Shown here piece after piece: positions 1 through 12,411 of a stretch of 60,004 bases of DNA. Where the stretch lies: positions 100,676-160,679 of the forward strand of contig NW_008246135.1 in the NCBI RefSeq assembly GCF_000281045.1. The letters are read 5' to 3'. This DNA comes from Saprolegnia diclina VS20. Taxonomy: Eukaryota. The notes under the pieces are model-generated. The model had not been told where the DNA came from. It did not search any database and saw only the letters and a program-made list of their open reading frames with translations. How positions within the stretch are numbered: the stretch's first letter is position 1; each line of letters opens with the position of its first letter. The position numbers and the translations under genes are program-made.

Positions 1-16
1 GTTGAATACGTCGTAC

Positions 17-553
17 GTCGTCCTTGGCGGCGCGGGCGCGCAGGTTGAGGACGTTGGACAAGGCGGCGTCGGCCTCTTGCTGGAGCTGCCACTTGCGAAT
101 CTTGTCTTCGCGCGTGTCCTTCTTGCCTTCTTCGAGCTGCGAGAGCTGCTTGGCGCGCTCGGACCGGCGGAGGAGCTCGACCTCGACGCACTGGTCCAGG
201 AACGCATCCAGGAGCGCAGACGCGTACTTGAGGTTCTTGAGCCGCGCCGACATGAAGTCCGAGCGCGAGCCTTGGACGTTGATCGTGTTGATCTTCTGCG
301 CGAGCATGCCCAGGTAGTAGTCGATCAAGAGGAACTGCAGCTGGATCGTCTGGAGCTCGTGCGCAGCTTCGTTCGAGCTGTACAAGTCGGCGAGCGCCGG
401 CGACGCCTTGAGCCGGTGGAAGCGCTCCATGAGCATCGTGAGCTTCTCCTGGAAGGCGAGGCTTCCGCTGCCGAGCTCGTTCTCCATGGCCTCAATGCTG
501 CGGAAGAGGCCATCGGCCTGCCGCAGCTGCAAGTACGCGTCGACTTCGCCCAT
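17..553 (-). CDS. TAP42: TAP42/IGBP1 (alpha4)-like PP2A-family regulator, first exon; gene continues off the window start
   Basis: Hand translation of the minus strand from ATG 553 (absent from the ORF track): MGEVDAYLQL...LYSSNEAAHELQTIQLQFLLIDYYLGML...DTREDKIRKW. This matches the TAP42 LFSxNE..L..YYLG and REEKI motifs. GT donor at 16. Confidence 0.75.
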
Positions 554-673
554 CGCTTTCAACGGGAATATGGACGTGGCATATGCCGAGAATAAATATA
601 AATTATTGCGGGTCCTAAAATATATTAATGCAAGAGGTTTTGAAGCACCTGCATTCCAAAGATCCAAAGCATC

Positions 674-3600
674 ATGGCTGGTCGGATGCTGCCGACGGCT
701 GGCCACGACGACGTCGTCTCGGAGCACAGCCTTGTCTTTGGCAAGCCCATCTACCTCTACCACGAACCAACCAACGGTACGTGCATGCCGGCGCCAAGGC
801 CATTCGCGGAGCAGCGTAGGCTACGTGGGTGGCGAGGGCTTTGGCGACACACGCGTCAACGTCCTCGTGGCCTCGAGCCGCGTGCGCGGTGCGATCGACG
901 ACGAGCTCGCCAAGCACGACTTCATGCAGCGCGTCTTTGTCGTTGTGCCACCGCAGCAGCACACGGCGGCCATGGCACTGCACAAGCACTTGGCCGAGCA
1001 CGCGCCAGACCCGTGCTCGGCCATCGAAGCGCGGCTTCGCGAGAGGCAACCTCGCCATCTCCCATTGCATGCTCTCACGCCGGCTGCTAGTGTTCGCCTC
1101 GAGAAGCGACTCAACGACGAAAGCACGCACGCGGCGCATGGCCATGGTGTCCAGTACGGCCAGACGATCCAGCTCGTCCACATCAACTCGGCCAAGTACA
1201 TTTGCGCTCGTACGATTCTAGAGCCTCAACGTTCTAGGTATGTGACAGTGCGGCCGCGCCTCTTGTCCGCAACGGCGCGGGACGCGATGCGGGTCGAGCT
1301 CGCGGACGCCAGCTCCGACGACGCGCGCTTCACCGTGACGTCGACCTACGCGCACATTCGCATCGGCGCCACCGTCCTTTTTGGCGATGACGTGGCGTTT
1401 CTGAGCGGTAGGTCGTCGTGGCACGTCAGTTTTGCATCGCATGCATCGACATGTAGAGGCATGGCGCGTCACGCTGCACGTGGGCGCGTCGATCGACACG
1501 CACACGGCGTCATCGTCGACCTTCTTGGAGCTCCATGCGTCCAACGCCCTCGACTGCTTCTCGCTTGCGCGCTTTGCTTCGGCCGAACGCGGCGTGCTGC
1601 GGGGCAACCACCTCGTCCGGCTCTTTCACTGCGCCGCTGGCGGCTACCTCTGCGCGGGCATCGGACCACACGTCGTGGTCCATGCGGACGCTGCCATACA
1701 AGGACTCTGGCAACTGACGCATCTCGACTCCAAGGACGGCAGCGCGATCGCCGTAGAGAGCAGCACGTTCTGTCTTCGCCATCTCGCGTCAGGACGCTTC
1801 CTCGCGCTTTCCGCTTCCGATACGGTCCGGTCTCTCGCTGCGAGGGAGGCCTGAAGACGAGTGCGTAGGAGGCGGCGCTCATCGACACGCGGTCCGACGA
1901 CTGCACCTTCCAGCTCACCGCGGCTTCGCCGCTCAGTGGCGCGTATGTGGCCGACAACCAGCCATTCTTCCTCCGGCACGCACCGTCCCGTACGAGCGTT
2001 TGGACCTTGGGTTGTTCACGCAGCAGGACAATATAGGAGCATTTGTCGGTGTAGTAGAGAACCACTTGCAATGTGTCTCGCGCACGAAGGCAGAGAGAGC
2101 TCACGCGATCAAGCTCTCTGTCGTACCGCCGCCGGAGGTCACCGAGTCGCTCTTCCTTCTCTCGCTTCTGCCGCACCTTCAGAGAGCGCACAGCGTGCTG
2201 CGCAAGCCATTTGAGGCGACGGACGGCGTCGGCCACGACTGGCTTGCCGACACCAAGTGGATCGAGCTTGTCCTCGCAGAGCTTGGTGCGTTTTGCGCCG
2301 AGGCGACACCGGCGCGTCACGACCTCGTGGCCGAGCTCGACGTCACGCGGCTGCTCGTGGACCTTGTCGATGGCCTCGTCCGTGCGCCGTTGGCAGCCGG
2401 TACCATACAGACTGTCCTTTTTGATATCAAGTGCCAACATGTACATAGACCCAACGTCACCGTGGCACGACGTGCTGACGACCCGCAAGACGAGCCTACT
2501 TCGGCTGACGTACTCCTTGCTCTTGGTCCTCGTGCGGGGGCATCTCTCCAATGCAAAGCAGTGCGCTGTGAGGTGCAGCACCCTTGTCTCGCAGCTCGAC
2601 ACCAATCTCGGCGCCGACGACGTCTTTGCGGCGCTGCTCTCGATCGACGGAGCCTTTGTCGCAAGCCTTCCCAACACTGCAATCGACAGCGTCGTCGCTT
2701 TGATTGCGACGCGCGGCAAGCACCCGTCGTACCTCCGCTACCTCCGAAAGCTCATCGTGTTTCGCTCCCAAGGGCTGCCGGCCAAACAGGCGTATCTCTG
2801 CGAGCTGCTGTTTACCGCAGAAGACTCCAACGTTCTTTGCGCCTTCCGAGGCGCCGAGGTGTGCTGCCCGAATGGCCAATGGAAACCGCTAGCGGCCATT
2901 GACGATGACGAGCCATACGTCGTCGCGTCGCTGAAGCTCTTGGCGGCGTTGGCGACGTCCCGCAACTATGTGGCCATGGCGGCCATCGAACGGCTCCTGC
3001 CGCGGGACACTGTGCTGCACGCCTTGGATCATGCACAAGCTGACACAGTACGTACTTGTTGTAAGTAAAAGGAGAAGGTCAAGGACGGGAGTAGTTGCGC
3101 GCTGCGCTCTGCAAGCTGCTCTTGACCGTGTACGTGGACCGGCTGCCGCAGAATGCAGCGCCGCTACCGAGAACCGTCGTGCTGCTCGGACCCCCCAGTC
3201 TTGCGTCGGAGAATGCGTTCTTTGCCGAGTTGAAGCAGCGCGTTGCGTCGGCGCTGATGGCGAGTACAAGTGCGTCGGGGTATCTCCTCGGCCTCTTGCG
3301 CGTTTGCCTGGCGCTGCTGCGCTTTGGGGCCTACGCTTCCGAGTCGGAGCTACAGACGCTGCTCGGCTTGTGCCTGCCAGTCTTGGCCAACTTTGAGGAC
3401 GACGTGACAAGTGCTCAACCGATCAAGCAGACTTTGGCCCACCGGCTTGGCGACCGCATGCGGAGCACGCTGGCCAAGACCAAGAGTCCGTCCATCCAGG
3501 CTATTGAAGCGCTGGTAGGTTTTTCTCGAAATATTTCGCATCCGAATCTGCGTGTAGCCGGGACCGACGACGGCGCCGCCTCCGGTGCTCGCAAAGACGG

Positions 3601-6600
3601 ACGGCGACTGCAAGCTCGTGTTGTGTCAGATGCTGTTGAGCATTCTGCAGCGCAGCGTCGACGACCAGCTTGGCCGCGTGCTGCGTGTGGTCTTTGACAA
3701 AGCGTCGCGCAAGCCCAGTGCTGCCCTAGCCCTTGCGCGTACGATTTTTACGCTAGTCTTTGTGCTATATAACAACGTAGACACAGTCGAAAGCGCAGAA
3801 ATCGAGGCGGAAGAAGGGCGCGAGTGGAGTGGGCGCCACGCAGAGATCGCTGTCGCGTGCGAAGGCGCGTTTGAGACGTCGCTCTTCAGCCGGCTTGTCT
3901 CACAGCACCGCCTGACACCGATGCTCCTCCAGCTGCTCGCCACCGACCGGTCGGACCTCGTGTCTGTGTCCCTCGACTTGCTCGGGTCGTCTTACAATAC
4001 CCACCGCGAAGTCCTCAAGTACATGAGTGACGTCACTGTCGTGACCAGCGAGACGTCTCTGCAGCTGTACGTCGACCTTGCTTCTGTCTACTCTGTGCAA
4101 TAATGGCGTAGGTACGGACGCATGGTCCATTTTGCAGCGATTTTGCAGCTCTACGAAGAGACGAGCGAGACGTGGCTGCTGGCGCCGTCCCACGACGCAT
4201 GGAAGGAGGTCGTCGCGGTCCTGCGCTGGTTCACGGACGCCTTGACGACGCTCGAGGCGCAGCGCCTCTTCCGCGGCTTGCACATTGACGACGTTCTCCT
4301 GTCGCTGCTGATTAGCGTCGGCGGGTTTCTCCTGCAACCAACCGTCAAGGACGAGGCGCTTGTGCTGCGCCACGACCTCTTGATGGACGCTTGCTACATG
4401 CTTCTCGTGCGCTACGTCTGGCGCTATGCCGACGGTCAAGCCAAGGTCGCGGCGCATCTCGGCTTTATCCAAGACTGCGTCTCGCACCGGCACATGCGAC
4501 CCGCCGTCTTCCGCGCGCTCGCAGAGGGCAATGTCCGCTGGTGCCAAGCGCTGCCGCATGGCTTTATCGCGTTTCTTGTCGACCTCGTACGTCCTGCACT
4601 TGCATGCTGCTGCAGCCTCAACACTGTCGTTGGTAGCTGGATGAACGCGGGAACGTGTCGGAGGTGCTCGACGTTCTGTCGGCCATTATCGTCTGCAATG
4701 AGATTCCGATCAAGGACAACCAAACAGCACTGAGCATGCTCCTGGTACATGTGATCGACCATCGAACAGCGGAGGTTCTTAGGTGGAAGGGTCGTAGATG
4801 GCGCCGCATCGGCCGCCGCATGTTCTCGAGGCTTTCTTGGCCTTGGAGACCCCAAAGGGCGACCCACGTGCCCTTGACGCGCTTCTCTGCGATGCAAAAG
4901 AGTCGTGTGCTGTCGTGCAGCGCAGTATCCCGCGTGACGTCGACCTGACGGGGCGGCCGAGCAGCGACATGAGCCTTTCTGCGCGCTTCTCGGTCCTCTT
5001 GCAGCAGCTCCCAGCCTCAACTCCGGCGACGCCGACCCCGACGCAAGGTTACCTGCGCCATGCGAGACGCCATTTGAACTTCGATAACGTAGGAGGCGAT
5101 CCCGCTACCGGCTCGGTCGTCCTCGACGCCGACCCGCTACTGTACTACGCCAAGCTGCTCGGCTTGCTCACGAGCCTCACGGCCGGCGCCAACTTTGTGT
5201 GTGAAGCGCGGCTGCAAGGTCTCTTCCCGATCGAGCGGCTTTTACTTGCCCTCTCGCAGCCCTCGACGCCGCGCCCGATCACGACCAAGCTGCTCATGGT
5301 AGACGCAAGACGATCGCAACTCGTAGTCTCTGAGACGACCTCGTAGGTGCTCCATGAAGCGTACCTCAACACGGAGCAGCAAATGGCCGACGTCGCTGGG
5401 AACATGGCGCTCACTAGCTTTGTTGCGTCGCAGCCTATCGTACTTGCGAGCTTCTTTGGCATCGACGTCAACACTGCTGCGGGGTTCTCCGCGCTGTACG
5501 GCCACGAAATTGCCTATGTCTTTGACGGCCTGCTTCCCGTCTTGGCGCACGTACTCGGTCGCGACGCGACGACGCTGCACCCTACTCTCCAACGAACGCT
5601 GCCGGAGCTAGCGCACAGTCTATGCCAGGTGGCAGCCCGGCTCCAGAAGGCACCATTCGACTGGATCGACGTGGTTGCGTCACGGGCAAAGCTGGCTCTT
5701 GGCAACGACGTGCTTGACAAAATGGCGCGTCTGTTGCCGCGCGGATCGCTGTTGGGAGTTGGCGGGTTTTCGACCAAGCGCATCATGAATGCGGCAGGTG
5801 ACGCGTCGCTGCACGTCCCTCACTTTGTCGCGTGGCTGCGCCAAGCGCCCTTTTACGTCGCGAGCACAGGTGCTGAGAAGCGCAAGCTCCTCTCTGCGTT
5901 CCGAAGTACTGAGCGCTTTGATATCGTATTGGAGCGGCTCGTGGGCCATATGCACAGCTCCGAGATCGCACGCGGCCAGGGCGCCAAGCACTCGACCCTC
6001 GAGATTCTGGCCAATTTGGAGCAAATCGCGTCGACGTCGTCTCGTCTACTGCTGTCGTGTGGCGCCGCCGTCATGGTAGTCGAGCTTCTCTGTGCTGCTC
6101 ATGAGGTATCTTGTGTTTGGATTCTGGATTTTTGGATTTTTGGATTCTTGGATTGTTGGATACAACGGTGGATAAATAGAGCGATACCAAGGCGGTCTCG
6201 GGACTCGTTGCTCTCGGCATTGCTCTCCTCAAGACGAGCCAGCGCGCGTTTCAAGTGCAGTGCTTTGCGCTGCTGAGCACCAACTCGTCATCGGACTGGC
6301 TCGAGCGCGTGCGTGGTCGCCTTCTCAGCGCCATTAGCGCCCTGTCCAGCCCGTCGCACGCCAAGCTTCTGCGCGATCCCTCGGATGTGATTGCGCTCTT
6401 GGAGCTCCACCGTCTCCTCTGCGAAGGTCCGTCCTGTGCCTTGGAGTTGCATGGCGTACGTTGTTACGTAGGTCATTACGCGGAGATGCAAAACCTTCTT
6501 CGGCACCAACCAGGTCCACGCTCGATCAACTTTGTGGAGCTCGTCGTACGGCTGTTCTGCGCGCTTGCCAAGACACTCAAGCCGAGCTACGTTGCGCTGC

Positions 6601-9404
6601 TGCTCAAGACCCTCGAGACGGTCGTCGAGCTCGTGCAGGTAGATATTGTGGTTTTTGTAGTCTAGCATGTGGGGTTAGGGTCCGTGCGAGGGCAACCAGC
6701 TGGCGGTGATCAACCCGGTCGAGCGCAATGACGCCAACTTTGTCGACGCGTGCATGCTGCTTCTAAGTACGCGCGAAGAGGACGCCGTCGTTAGCGCTGC
6801 GGATGTGTACCAGCTCAAGGCCATGTACTCTTGATACTTTGATATTGGGATGGGTGGTGCTAATGGGCGGAGGTAGGTGCACGCTGGCGCTCGTTTCGCT
6901 TGTCGAAGGCCGGCGCGACACGATCGTGCACGAGCGACTCGCGAGTCAAGTGTCGCTTCCGCTGCTCAAAGAGACATTGGTGCTCTTCTACGCACACTAT
7001 TTGGTCTCTGAATGTGAATCGCAACCTTTGCAACTGAATCTCAAATGTAGAAAACGTACCTGGGCGTCTACTCGGAGGACGCATTCGACCCGGCATTGCA
7101 ATCGCCCGAAGCCCGCCAGCGTGAAGGGTATTTTGTGCGGCTCGTCAAAATCGCTCTGGGACAGGCGCACTTGCCGGTCGTCGACGACGCAGACGCTGTT
7201 TCCACAACGAGCACCGAGACTGCCACATACTTGAACCCAGGGTTCAGCCTCTACATCCTCTTTCACCGGCTCGTGGACGTCCCCGGCATCGGAGACGTTC
7301 TTCGCACCAACTTGCTGCCGCCGGATGTGAGCAATGGCGATCCGGGCCGCCACACGTAGACATGAGCTCCATCGGTTCATTTGTATCAATATATCGATAT
7401 TAGGCTGCAACCGCGCCGGTCGACCAAGCACGTCCATCGCAAGCTCAAGGCACTTCAACAGCGCGACAGCGACGCGTCGTACGCGGAGGCCTACGGTTTC
7501 TTCCGCAAGCACTGTGCGTCGATCGAGGTCGTGGTCACAACGTCGACGGACGGCGCGTCATCGTCCGCGGCGGACGAGAAGCGGCTGCAGCGTTTTCACT
7601 TCCCCAAGCCGCCCGTGTGCCAGTTCCTGACGTCCGACATGCGCGACGCGTGCATGGAAGACATTGCGCGCGAGTCGCCGGCCGCCAAACTCAGTGACCT
7701 CTTTCGACGCTCGGACGCGGTATCGAAACCTACAAAAACTATCAATGTTTCAACCGAGTTGGTGCCCTAGCTCGTCGCGGAGATGACGCATCGGTATCTC
7801 ATGGTCGTCGCGGGCGATGCGTACTTTACGCTGGGCAAAACCATCTCGTTCGTACTCGCCATCATAATCAACCTCCTTCTGCTCGACTGCTACGTCGATA
7901 CGGTAGCATCTCGACTCCATAGGACGATCGAATGCGACGGGATATAGGGCGACCCACGCTTTACGAGCGCCGCACTGCCCGCCTCGATGCTGGCTGTTGA
8001 CACCGCCTACAACATGGCGTGCGTGGGCACTCTTGGCGGTGTGTCGAAGGATCTCATTTTGTTCATCTGCGCCATCGCACAAGTCGTCGTGTCGAGCTTC
8101 ATCGTGTGCATTTATGCTCTTACGTAATATCCCGATGTCACCAGCCGCTCGGAACACTAACTATATGTAGGTACGGCCCGTTGATCATGCTTGAGGGCTG
8201 GAAGCGGCGGTCGGCGCCCACCGTTGGCTCGGTACTGGCGGTCTTCTTGATGCGATCAGCTCATATCGGCGTACTAGCGAACGTGGGTGCTCGGTGGCAC
8301 ACGGTTTACGGATGTGCGCTTGCAGAACCTAGGCTGGTCGTTCCTGTTTCTATTGCAGAGCCCTGTGTACATGTACTACTGCGCGTACTTGCTCATGGCG
8401 ATCCTCGGCCATTCCGTCCACCCGTTCTTCTTTGCGTTTCACCTCTTTGACGTCTTTCTACGGTACTCCAAATCGACAAAATCGACAAAATCGACAAAAA
8501 TCATATTTGATTGAAAATAATGTAGGTTTCCCGAGCTCACGATCGTGGTGCGGGCGGTCGCGACACCGTACCGGAGCTTGGCGCTGACGTTTGCGCTCGT
8601 CATGATCGCCGAGTACCTCTTTTCGATCTTTGGGTTTGCGTTCTTCCGCAATCAGTACGCCACTGTCGCAGCCCTCGAGGCCAATCTCGCGACGGCCGAG
8701 TGCGGTATGCTCTGGTCGTGCTTCCTTACGACCGTCGACCAGACGTTCAAGAACAATGGCGGTGTCGGTACGTGGCTCAATGTGCGGTTATGAGGATACG
8801 AACTTGGTGGTATAGGTGCGCATCTCAAACCAATGTCGACCGACGACTACTCGATGTGGTGGAGCCGGCTCCTCTTTGACAACCTCTTCAACTTGGTGAT
8901 TCTTCTCATTTTGGTCAACATCTTCTTCGGTATCATCATCGATACGTACGACATTTCTTGTGATGACTGTTCTTCTACTATGTTTGATGCGGGTTAGGTT
9001 TGGCGACCAACGCTCGCGGCTCCAGCAGCGCCTCGCGGATACGACGAGCAAGTGCTTCATCTGCGCGATTGATCGAGAGGCGTTTGACCGGTTCTCCGAG
9101 CGCGGGTTTGAGGTACACTTGAATCTCAATTGAGTTGTAGCAAAGTTTTTCGCACCTAGTTTCACTGCAAGCGCGAGCATCACGTGTGGAACTACGTGTT
9201 CCTCGTTGCACATCTCCGGTTCAAGGCCGAGACGGACTTTGACGGCGTCGTACGTCGCATCTCAATTTGAATCTCAATTTCAATATCGAGTTGGTGTAGG
9301 AACAATATCTCGCCGAGTGTATCGCGAGTCAGGACTACAGCTTTGTGCCGAGCTACCGCGCACTGGCCTTGCGCGACGTCTCTGCCTCGGGTCCGATCCA
9401 GTAA
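674..9404 (+). CDS. ITPR: IP3 receptor / ryanodine receptor family intracellular Ca2+-release channel (multi-exon)
   Basis: Suppressor/MIR region (YGQTIQLVHINSAKYI, VRLFH); RIH-associated region (HYAEMQNLLRHQ, ELVQGPCEGNQ); ASIEVV..RFHFPKP; TM/pore (HPFFFAFHLFD, NNGGVG, LVNIFFGIIIDTFG); C-terminal KCFIC..HCKREHHVWNY. Stop TAA at 9402-9404. Exact exon edges are approximate. Confidence 0.93.
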
Positions 9405-9506
9405 GGATCATCCGAGATCTATCTATTCCGTGCATCAATCCATACTTCTCAATACATTTTCACTACCTACGTGTGGAAGAGTATTGGAGCCTGCGAACAA
9501 CAGCCC

Positions 9507-9592
9507 TGGACGACGCGACACCAAGCGAGTGCGTTCGAGTGGCACCCGAGACGTCGGTCGAAGCGCTCATGGCGCAGCTCCAGGCGTTGTAA
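9507..9592 (+). pseudogene. UBA5: Orphan 3' fragment of UBA5 (last ~27 codons plus stop) carried by the duplication
   Basis: DDATPSECVRVAPETSVEALMAQLQAL* is identical to the C-terminus of the intact UBA5 at 20069-21235; upstream sequence is unrelated. Confidence 0.9.
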
Positions 9593-9822
9593 CTGCGTCC
9601 ATTTTCGAGTCGACCTTGACCAAGGACACCCATGTGCTGGCTATGCCGATGCCCTACGATGCCTTCTGTGAAGCGGTCGAGACCGAGATGTACACCTCGT
9701 CGACAACCTGTGCACCAAGCAGACAACAAGTGTATCCACCCGTCCATCTCGACACTAAATGCAAGCTTTATTGATGCAGATGCTACCGTGCAGCAAGCGT
9801 ATGCAGTCCTCTGTGCGTCACA

Positions 9823-12387
9823 TCACTCGTTCTTCTTGGCTTTCAGCGGCTTGAGACCTTTTGGGAGCTTCTTGGGCGACCGCAGGACGGCGACAGTGTA
9901 GCCAAGACCGCCACCGAGCACCAAGACAGCCGCGATCATCTCGAAGCGGAGAGCGAGCAGCTCCGATACAAAGAGCGAGACGGCGTGGCCCATCGCATGC
10001 AGCGCCGACGGCGGGTGCGGGAGCGCGGTCGGCGTCGTCGCCTTGTACCCGCCCTGGACAAAGTCGAGGACCGCGTCCTTGGTTCGCTCCTTGCCCGGGA
10101 AGGCGTACACGAGTCGCTTGGTCTTGTCGACCAACAGCACGCTCGGGTAGCTCTGGACGTTGAGGCGCGTGCGCAGCTCGTCCTCGAGCGCGCCGTCGAT
10201 GCGGGCGACGACCACGTTGGGCGCCGACGTCTTGAGCTCTTGCGCAATGGCTTCGTACGCAGCTGCAAACGCCCGGCACGGGCCGCACCACTGCGCGTAG
10301 AACTCGAGGAGGAAGAGCTCGGACGAGACGTTGGCCGGTCCTTGCAGCACCGTGTCGAAGATCGTGGTCGTCCACTCGGCCACGTGCACGTTCTTGGCCA
10401 TCTCGGTCGGTGCGTCGTCCTTGACCTCCTTGGTCGCCGTGGGAATCACCGGCATGTCCTTGGTGTTGGTCGCCATCTTGTAGCCGCCGTCAGCAAATGC
10501 TACGAGCGCGTCCATGCTGCGCTCGCCCTCAAAGAGCGTGTACGACGTATCGTGGAGCATCAGGACAGTCGGGTATGACGCGATGCTAAAGGCTTGCAGG
10601 AGCGGGCGGTTGGCCACGTTGGTGCCATCGATCGAGCCGGCGAGGACGTGCTTGGCCTGAAGCGCCGTCGCCACCTTGCCAAAGGTCGGGAGCAGCTTGT
10701 TGCAGTGGCCGCACCACGGCGCATGGAACATGACCAGGCGCGGTAGCTTGGCCCCGCGCACGTCGTCGGTCGTGAGCTTGTGCACATGAGCAAGCGCCGC
10801 TTCGTCGATCTCGCTCACGGCCTTCTTCGCACTCGGTGTCCCAGCGATGGGCGGCAGCGGGCGCGACTCTTTGGTCGCATAGTCGGTCAGCGCAAACGCC
10901 GTCATGAGCTTCGGGTCGCGGACGCCGTCAAACTCGTAGACGCGGCCGTCGCGGATGAGCACGAGCGTCGGGTAGCCCGTGATGGCAAAGCGCATGCCGA
11001 GCTTGGCGTTCGTGTCGGCGTCGACGCGGGCGACGTGGACGTTGCCGTGGTCCTTGAGCGTCAGCGCTGTTTGCAGCATCGCGCCCATCATCTCCTTGCA
11101 GTGGCCGCACCAGTGCGCGTGGAACTGCACCAGCCACGCGTCGGCGTCGGGCTCGTGCACGCGCGTGACCGCATCAAACGTGTCGTCACTGAGGTCGACG
11201 AGCGGCGACGTCGGGATGTCCGACGCCTCCATCTCGGCGTAGCCGCCGGTCGCAAACGCCGAGAGCGCTTCGAGCGTGCGCGCGCCGTCGTACGCATACA
11301 TCTGGTTGTCCTTGACAAAGAGCACGGTCGGGTACCCGTTGACTTGGAAGCGCAACTTGAGGTCAACGTCGTCGGTCGCGTCGACCTTGGCAATGTGCAC
11401 GTCGGCGTTGTCCTGGAGCGACAGCGCGAGCTTTTCCCACGTCCGCGCCATCTTCTTGCAGTGGCCGCACCACGGCGCCATAAACTTGATGAACCACCCG
11501 CCGCTACTCGGCGCCAATACGAGCTCGTCAAAGGTGGCGGTCGTGAGCTTGACGACCGCCGAGTCCTCTTCCGAGATACCGCCGTCCGCCATCGGAATCG
11601 GGTCGCCACTCTGCTCGAGGTACCCACTCGTGACAAACGTCGTGAGGGCGTCGAGGCTGCGCGCACCCGCGTACTCGTACATTTTGCCGTCCTTGAAGAA
11701 GACGAGCGTCGGGAACCCCTGGATGCCAAAACGCTCGCCAAGTGCTTCGTGCTCGGTGACGTCGACCTTGGCAATGTGCACTTGGCCGTGAAGGTCCTGC
11801 GAGAGAGCGTCGTACGTCGGCGCGAGCTGCTTGCAGTGGCCGCACCACGGCGCGTAAAACTTGACGAGCCAGCCGTTGCTGCCAGGCGCGAGCACGTTGG
11901 CGTCAAACGTGTCGGCTGTCAGCGCCTCGACGAACGACGGCGCGTTCGGGTCGCGCTTCTTGGGCACGGGCTTGGCGTCCACGGCCTCGTACCCCGTTTC
12001 GAGGAACGTCTTGAAGCCCGCGACCGAGCGCTCGCCCTTGAAGCTGTACATCTTGCCTTGCTTGAAGAAGAGCAATGTCGGGTAGCCCGTGACGCCAAAC
12101 TGCTCCTTGATGTCCGTGTGCGCCTCGACGTCGATCTCGGCAATCGAGGTTTGACCCGCGACCTCGATAGCGAGCTCTTCAAAGATGGGCGCGAGGCGCT
12201 TGCAGTGGCCGCACCACGGCGCGTAAAACTTGATGAGCCAGTCGCCGCGATCGCCGGATTCGAGCTGCGTGAGCTCGTTAAAGTTGTCGCCAGTGAGCTG
12301 GATGACGTTGCTGGCGTCGTCGGCGGCGACGACGAGCGAGAGAAGCGCGATCGAGACCGCGAGGAGCGCGACCAGTACCTTGTTCAT
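9823..12387 (-). CDS. Type-I membrane PDI-family protein with six thioredoxin domains, copy 1 (854 aa)
   Basis: Signal peptide MNKVLVALLAVSIALLSLVVAA; five WCGHC and one WCGPC; C-terminal hydrophobic helix; dilysine end KAKKNE. Intronless. Confidence 0.92.
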   Translation of the reverse strand: MNKVLVALLAVSIALLSLVVAADDASNVIQLTGDNFNELTQLESGDRGDWLIKFYAPWCGHCKRLAPIFEELAIEVAGQTSIAEIDVEAHTDIKEQFGVTGYPTLLFFKQGKMYSFKGERSVAGFKTFLETGYEAVDAKPVPKKRDPNAPSFVEALTADTFDANVLAPGSNGWLVKFYAPWCGHCKQLAPTYDALSQDLHGQVHIAKVDVTEHEALGERFGIQGFPTLVFFKDGKMYEYAGARSLDALTTFVTSGYLEQSGDPIPMADGGISEEDSAVVKLTTATFDELVLAPSSGGWFIKFMAPWCGHCKKMARTWEKLALSLQDNADVHIAKVDATDDVDLKLRFQVNGYPTVLFVKDNQMYAYDGARTLEALSAFATGGYAEMEASDIPTSPLVDLSDDTFDAVTRVHEPDADAWLVQFHAHWCGHCKEMMGAMLQTALTLKDHGNVHVARVDADTNAKLGMRFAITGYPTLVLIRDGRVYEFDGVRDPKLMTAFALTDYATKESRPLPPIAGTPSAKKAVSEIDEAALAHVHKLTTDDVRGAKLPRLVMFHAPWCGHCNKLLPTFGKVATALQAKHVLAGSIDGTNVANRPLLQAFSIASYPTVLMLHDTSYTLFEGERSMDALVAFADGGYKMATNTKDMPVIPTATKEVKDDAPTEMAKNVHVAEWTTTIFDTVLQGPANVSSELFLLEFYAQWCGPCRAFAAAYEAIAQELKTSAPNVVVARIDGALEDELRTRLNVQSYPSVLLVDKTKRLVYAFPGKERTKDAVLDFVQGGYKATTPTALPHPPSALHAMGHAVSLFVSELLALRFEMIAAVLVLGGGLGYTVAVLRSPKKLPKGLKPLKAKKNE

Positions 12388-12411
12388 TCGACGCACGGTG
12401 CGAGGCAATGA

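Noticed and set aside
2..595. 197-aa plus-strand ORF
   Set aside because: Antisense shadow of the TAP42-like exon; no motifs.
6116..6161. TTTTGGAT-like repeats as telomeric sequence
   Set aside because: Degenerate intronic microsatellite; does not match TTTAGGG/TTAGGG.
8471..8502. (AATCGACAA)3 read as KSTKSTKST
   Set aside because: Lies in a short IP3R intron; simple slippage repeat.
674..9404. Fragmented ORFs as a frameshifted pseudogene
   Set aside because: The frame changes I checked are bridged by canonical short GT-AG introns.
10780..12411. 543-aa ORF (mirror at 17250-18881) and similar long Arg/Val-rich ORFs such as 24604-25674 and 57474-58454
   Set aside because: Antisense shadows of real genes caused by GC-rich third positions.
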